NCBI GenBank assembly: GCA_024276825.1
Contig: JAJRWI010000079.1
Span: 51,365-115,364, forward strand
Source of the DNA: an archaeon
GTDB lineage: Archaea; Asgardarchaeota; Thorarchaeia; Thorarchaeales; Thorarchaeaceae
Direction: 5' to 3'
DNA: 64,000 bases
Under the pieces are notes generated by a model, which worked only from the letters and a program-made list of their open reading frames with translations, was not told where the DNA came from and did not search any database. Shown here piece after piece: positions 60,013 to 64,000 of this stretch (its first letter is position 1; each line of letters begins with the position of its first letter). The position numbers were made by a program, and so were the translations under genes.

Positions 60013-63000
60013 ATGAACAGGACAATAATCTCAGCGACTCTACTGATCCTATTGCTTCTTGGATGGGCACCTAATCTTGTCCCCTTGACTGATGCGACAA
60101 CTAATGATAATTATATGAATAAGATTGAGCAGAGCCTGTTGAATCGGACTGATAACACCGACCCAGTAGATGTGCTCGTTAAGTACAATGATCGTGCAGG
60201 CGAGTTCAAAGCACAGAATGCCATCCGAATGATTGACTCTACAGCAGAGATCATAGAAGCATATGAAGACCTCAATATGCTACGCATTAAGACCCTGCCA
60301 AAGAATCTGATTGAAATTGCCAGAAGCACAGTGATTGAGAATATCTGGTCAAACGAGATAACTGATTACTCAATCAAGTACAACACGAGCACACCCTCAC
60401 AGCAGGAAACCCTCATATCGCCATATCAGAGTATTAATGCCCAGGAGTTCTGGGAGAGGGGGTATAATGGGTCAGGAGTCGTAATTGCTGTACTTGACAC
60501 AGGCGTTGATTTTCTACACCCAGACCTTGACGATTTTGACGAGAACGAGTCAACCGTAGACCCAAAGGTCGCTGCCTATGCTTCTTTCGTAGAGGTGGAC
60601 TCGCTACCCATCGATCTTCTAGGCCATGGCACATATGCAGCATCCATTGCTGCTGGGACAGGCAACAGGTCAAATGGGCTATATGCAGGAGTTGCCCCTG
60701 GTGCATCAATCTTGTCTGCAAAGGTCACTCTTGGAGGACTTCTTGCACTCCCAAGTTGGATAGTGTCGGGAATCGAGTGGGCCAGTCATCATGGTGCAGA
60801 CATCATCCTCATGCCTTTCAATACACTCGGTGCACCTAATGATGCTGTTGCAGATGCAGTACGCACAGTTGCAGAACAAGGAGTCTTGGTTGTCACAGCT
60901 GCAGGCGACGATGGTCCCGATTATTTCACAATCATGTCGCCTGGCGGTTCAAGTTCGGCCTTCACTGTTGGAGCATATGACACACTCGCTGGGGCAGTGC
61001 CTGATTTCTCAGGTCGTGGACCCTCGCTGGAGATGCTCACAAAGCCCGATATTGTTGCGCCAGGAGTACGAATTGTAGGGGCAAAAGCAGGCGTTGGTGC
61101 TTCGCAGTTCACCACAGGCTCCTTTGATACTACAGACATCGGTGATCAGATGGGCAGTCTTGGAGGAGTCTCAAGTCTTATGGGAGGTGCCTTTGGTGAG
61201 GAGGTCAATGATGATTATATCGTGGCAGATTCGACTGCTGCATCAGCTGCAATTGTTGCAGGTGCGGCTGCTATTCTGATGCAGGCGTTTGATCGGGCCA
61301 CACCAATCGCCCTTGTAAATGCACTCAGAAACTCAGCGGTCCCACTCGATTATGGGGCTAATGATGCGGGTGCAGGTCTGTTAAATCTGGAAGGCGCATT
61401 CAACCTGTTGTATTTAAAGCAGCGTCCCGGTGAGGCATATAACAGAACTACTGGAACCCCTCTCGTTGCTCTTGGACTGCTGACATCCGCTGCTCGTGAT
61501 GCCACAACAACACTGATGATGAGCAGCTATGGAACATCAACCGTAGTCTTGGATCAGAGAAGAGATGATGAGATGACCACACATCTTTTACTTGGAATGT
61601 TCGCACTTCGTTGGAACAACATGGATCCAACAAACCTGATGATGTTTGAAGTCAAGAGAGAGCTCCATCAGGTGGCTATGGCAAATCCTCCTCAGAGTAA
61701 TTATAACCGATGGATAGGGATACTGTCATACAATGATGATGTGTTTGTCACAATTCTGGTTGAATCATATAATCTCACTTTATCCTCAACGCAACCAATT
61801 GTGGGCTATAAAGTCACGCCATTCATTCTCAATATTGGTAATGAGCCCATCAGTAATGTGAGCCTGTTCTTGTCATACACATTGGACCTGTTTCTTGATG
61901 GTAATGATGATCACGGAAAATATGCCCTTGCAAATCAACAGCTCTTTGCATACAGTATCTCCGAGAACTATCAAGACTTCTATTTCGGGCTCAATTCGAG
62001 TAGGAAGTTGGCATCTTTTGAGGTTGGAAACGCATCTGATATATTCTCACATGTCTTGGATGACAATCTCACTGGTTCTACCACATTCGACGGCTCTGTG
62101 GGGCTTGCGATGAAGTGGGACTTTGGAGTGGTGCAGCCATATAACCCGGTGAATGTCACCATAACAATGGGTATGGCTGAGAACAGGACAATGCTTGACA
62201 CATCAATTGAAACTCTCTGGAGTCTTGGTCCATCATCAAGCCTTGAAAGTCAGGGTGACCTGATAGTAGTGGAAGCATCCATTCCAAGGATCACTCAGAA
62301 AGGTCAGACATTTCAGTCTCAGGCAATAATAATGAACGTAGGAGTTGACACATCCACTGCTATTTCGGGATTTGTAGTGATGGAGGGAGGTGTGAGTGAT
62401 TCTGGAACTCTGTTCTCAAAATACTTCTCTTATGACGAACTTGAGCCATTCAATGTGCGAGTGATGTCTAGTGAGTGGAGCCCAGTGAAGGAGGGAATAT
62501 ACACCGCAGCCTGGGTCGTTTCGAAGGGGTTTGATTATCTCAACACATTGATCCTTCAGACCACACTCCCATCGACTGCAAATGCATTGACCCTACAGGA
62601 TGACTTTTTGCTCCGTGACGTTTTCGTGAAAACGCCCATTCGCTCAATCTCAGTCTTCCCAAAGAGAATCCCATATGCTCCATTTGACCTTCAATTCCCA
62701 TCAGATTTTGGATTATACACTTTCACACTCTATTCAACGGAGGGGCTTGGAAACCTCACAGTTGAAAAACATGGTAATGCAACAGACTGGGGAAATATCA
62801 CGCTGACGCCCAGTGAGAATGTGATAGGATACTACAACTTCAGCCTACTTGCATTTGTTCCAGTTATCACAATGGATGGATATCATAGATGTGACTATGT
62901 CCTAAAGACAGAAGTGGGGTGGACGACCAATATCACCTTGGAAACAGAAATCAAATACCCCAAGGCAATGATGTTGCTTGACACGTCTCATGGAGGACTG

Positions 63001-63999
63001 TTTGCTAGTCTGGGCCTAGAAACTGGAGACCTAGGCAATACCACAAGCATGGGTTCGTCTGGAAGTATTAGTTTTCCACTTGCGTCGGATTCAGGATTTA
63101 CCACGAGTCAGGATGAGGTCAACTTCGACCTCGGGTCAATGGAAGACCTTGGTTCCATTTCTGATCTCATGGAGCAGTTCCGTATGACCACATTCTCAGG
63201 ACTCTCAAACATGAAAAAGACCATGGCTTCCAGAGGGTTGGATTTAATCGAGCTTCCCGGGCTCCCGCTTGATGACACGATACTGAGCATGTTCTCCGCA
63301 CTGTTCATAATTAATCCGACCAAGGAGTTTAACTCATCAGAGCTGGAAACTCTAGCCAATTTCACCAGACATAATGGCAAATTGGTGATATTTGGAGATA
63401 ATGAGGACAGAAGTAACCACACTATTCTCAATGAGATATTACAGATGTATGGCTATTCAGTATCAGGATCGCATGATGTTGAGAATACGACTGAGATCAT
63501 TCATGACAACCCACTCGGATCTGGCGTCAATTGTGTCTGGCTCGGTGGTGGCACGTTCATTCTGAATAACCAGTCATTGGCAGCAGTGACTCTAGGCGGG
63601 AACCCAGTCATTCTGCTTGACGACTCGCCTCCAGAATTGACCATATTTGGATCTTCAAGATTATTCATGAACAAACACATAGTAAAATGTGACAATCAGA
63701 GGTTATTGGAGAACCTCAATGAATATCTCTTGCGTAATACGTTGACTGCAACCACCTCATTGGCTTAAAACATTTCTAGATACGAGGTTGGAAGGAGCAT
63801 CTATATCAATCTGTATCTAAAGGATTATGAAGGCAGACCTGCCAATGATCTCTTTGTTGCTGTCGCATTCGAGCTTCCTAATGGAACGCTTGCCTTCTTC
63901 TTTGCAGGCTTTGTTGAGAATGGGCATTATGTCACACAGTTCACTCAAGAATATTGGAAGTCATCGGGGAGAATCAACTGCATCTTTATCATCATGGAC
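60013..63999 (+). CDS. Large secreted S8 subtilase-like protein with GIFT (GldG/IFT52-like) domain; catalytic Ser apparently lost; in-frame TAA at 63766-63768; runs off the window end
   Basis: Signal peptide; VLDTG, GHGT, FSGRGP, KPDIVAPG; DSTAAS where SGTSMA is expected; LLDTSHG...L.IINP..EF...E...L..F...G.L.I.GD. The frame stays open after the TAA. Confidence 0.82.
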
Positions 64000-64000
64000 G

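Noticed and set aside
1-63999. CRISPR arrays, tRNA/rRNA genes, transposases, integrases
   Set aside because: No regularly spaced direct repeats, cloverleaf motifs or recombinase/transposase motifs were seen by eye. tRNAscan-SE and Infernal would be needed to exclude small RNAs.

Overview
Gene-dense archaeal chromosome segment, most likely from an Asgard archaeon of Thorarchaeota type. This is inferred from the co-occurrence of gelsolin-like, longin, Rab-like and Vps62-like genes, archaeal Por/Ior/TrmB/Alba-type genes, and Ig-repeat surface proteins. Housekeeping content: a 2-oxoacid/acetoin dehydrogenase E1a-E1b-E2 plus lipoate ligase cluster, porCDAB, iorAB, galTK, nadB and several ABC transporters. 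Most notable: (1) a 7-bladed FG-GAP/BBS2-like beta-propeller + Ig-like domain + acidic linker + Rab-like GTPase in one polypeptide; (2) an ABC-2 exporter operon with a giant secreted subtilase that lacks the catalytic Ser and carries a GIFT (GldG/IFT52/Site-1-protease-like) domain; (3) an AcpS-FkbH-ACP glyceryl-carrier module in an archaeon, flanked by acyltransferases, a deacetylase, a pseudo-helicase and a ThrRS editing domain; (4) a longin + degenerate Mrr-like nuclease fusion; (5) a Vps62-like gene in the galTK operon; (6) a protein of four PC4/PUR-like repeats. An AT-rich decaying island lies at about 38.9-44.4 kb, and several single in-frame stops or frameshifts interrupt otherwise intact genes. 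I saw no rRNA, tRNA, CRISPR array or transposase. All product calls come from motif recognition by eye, not from database searches.
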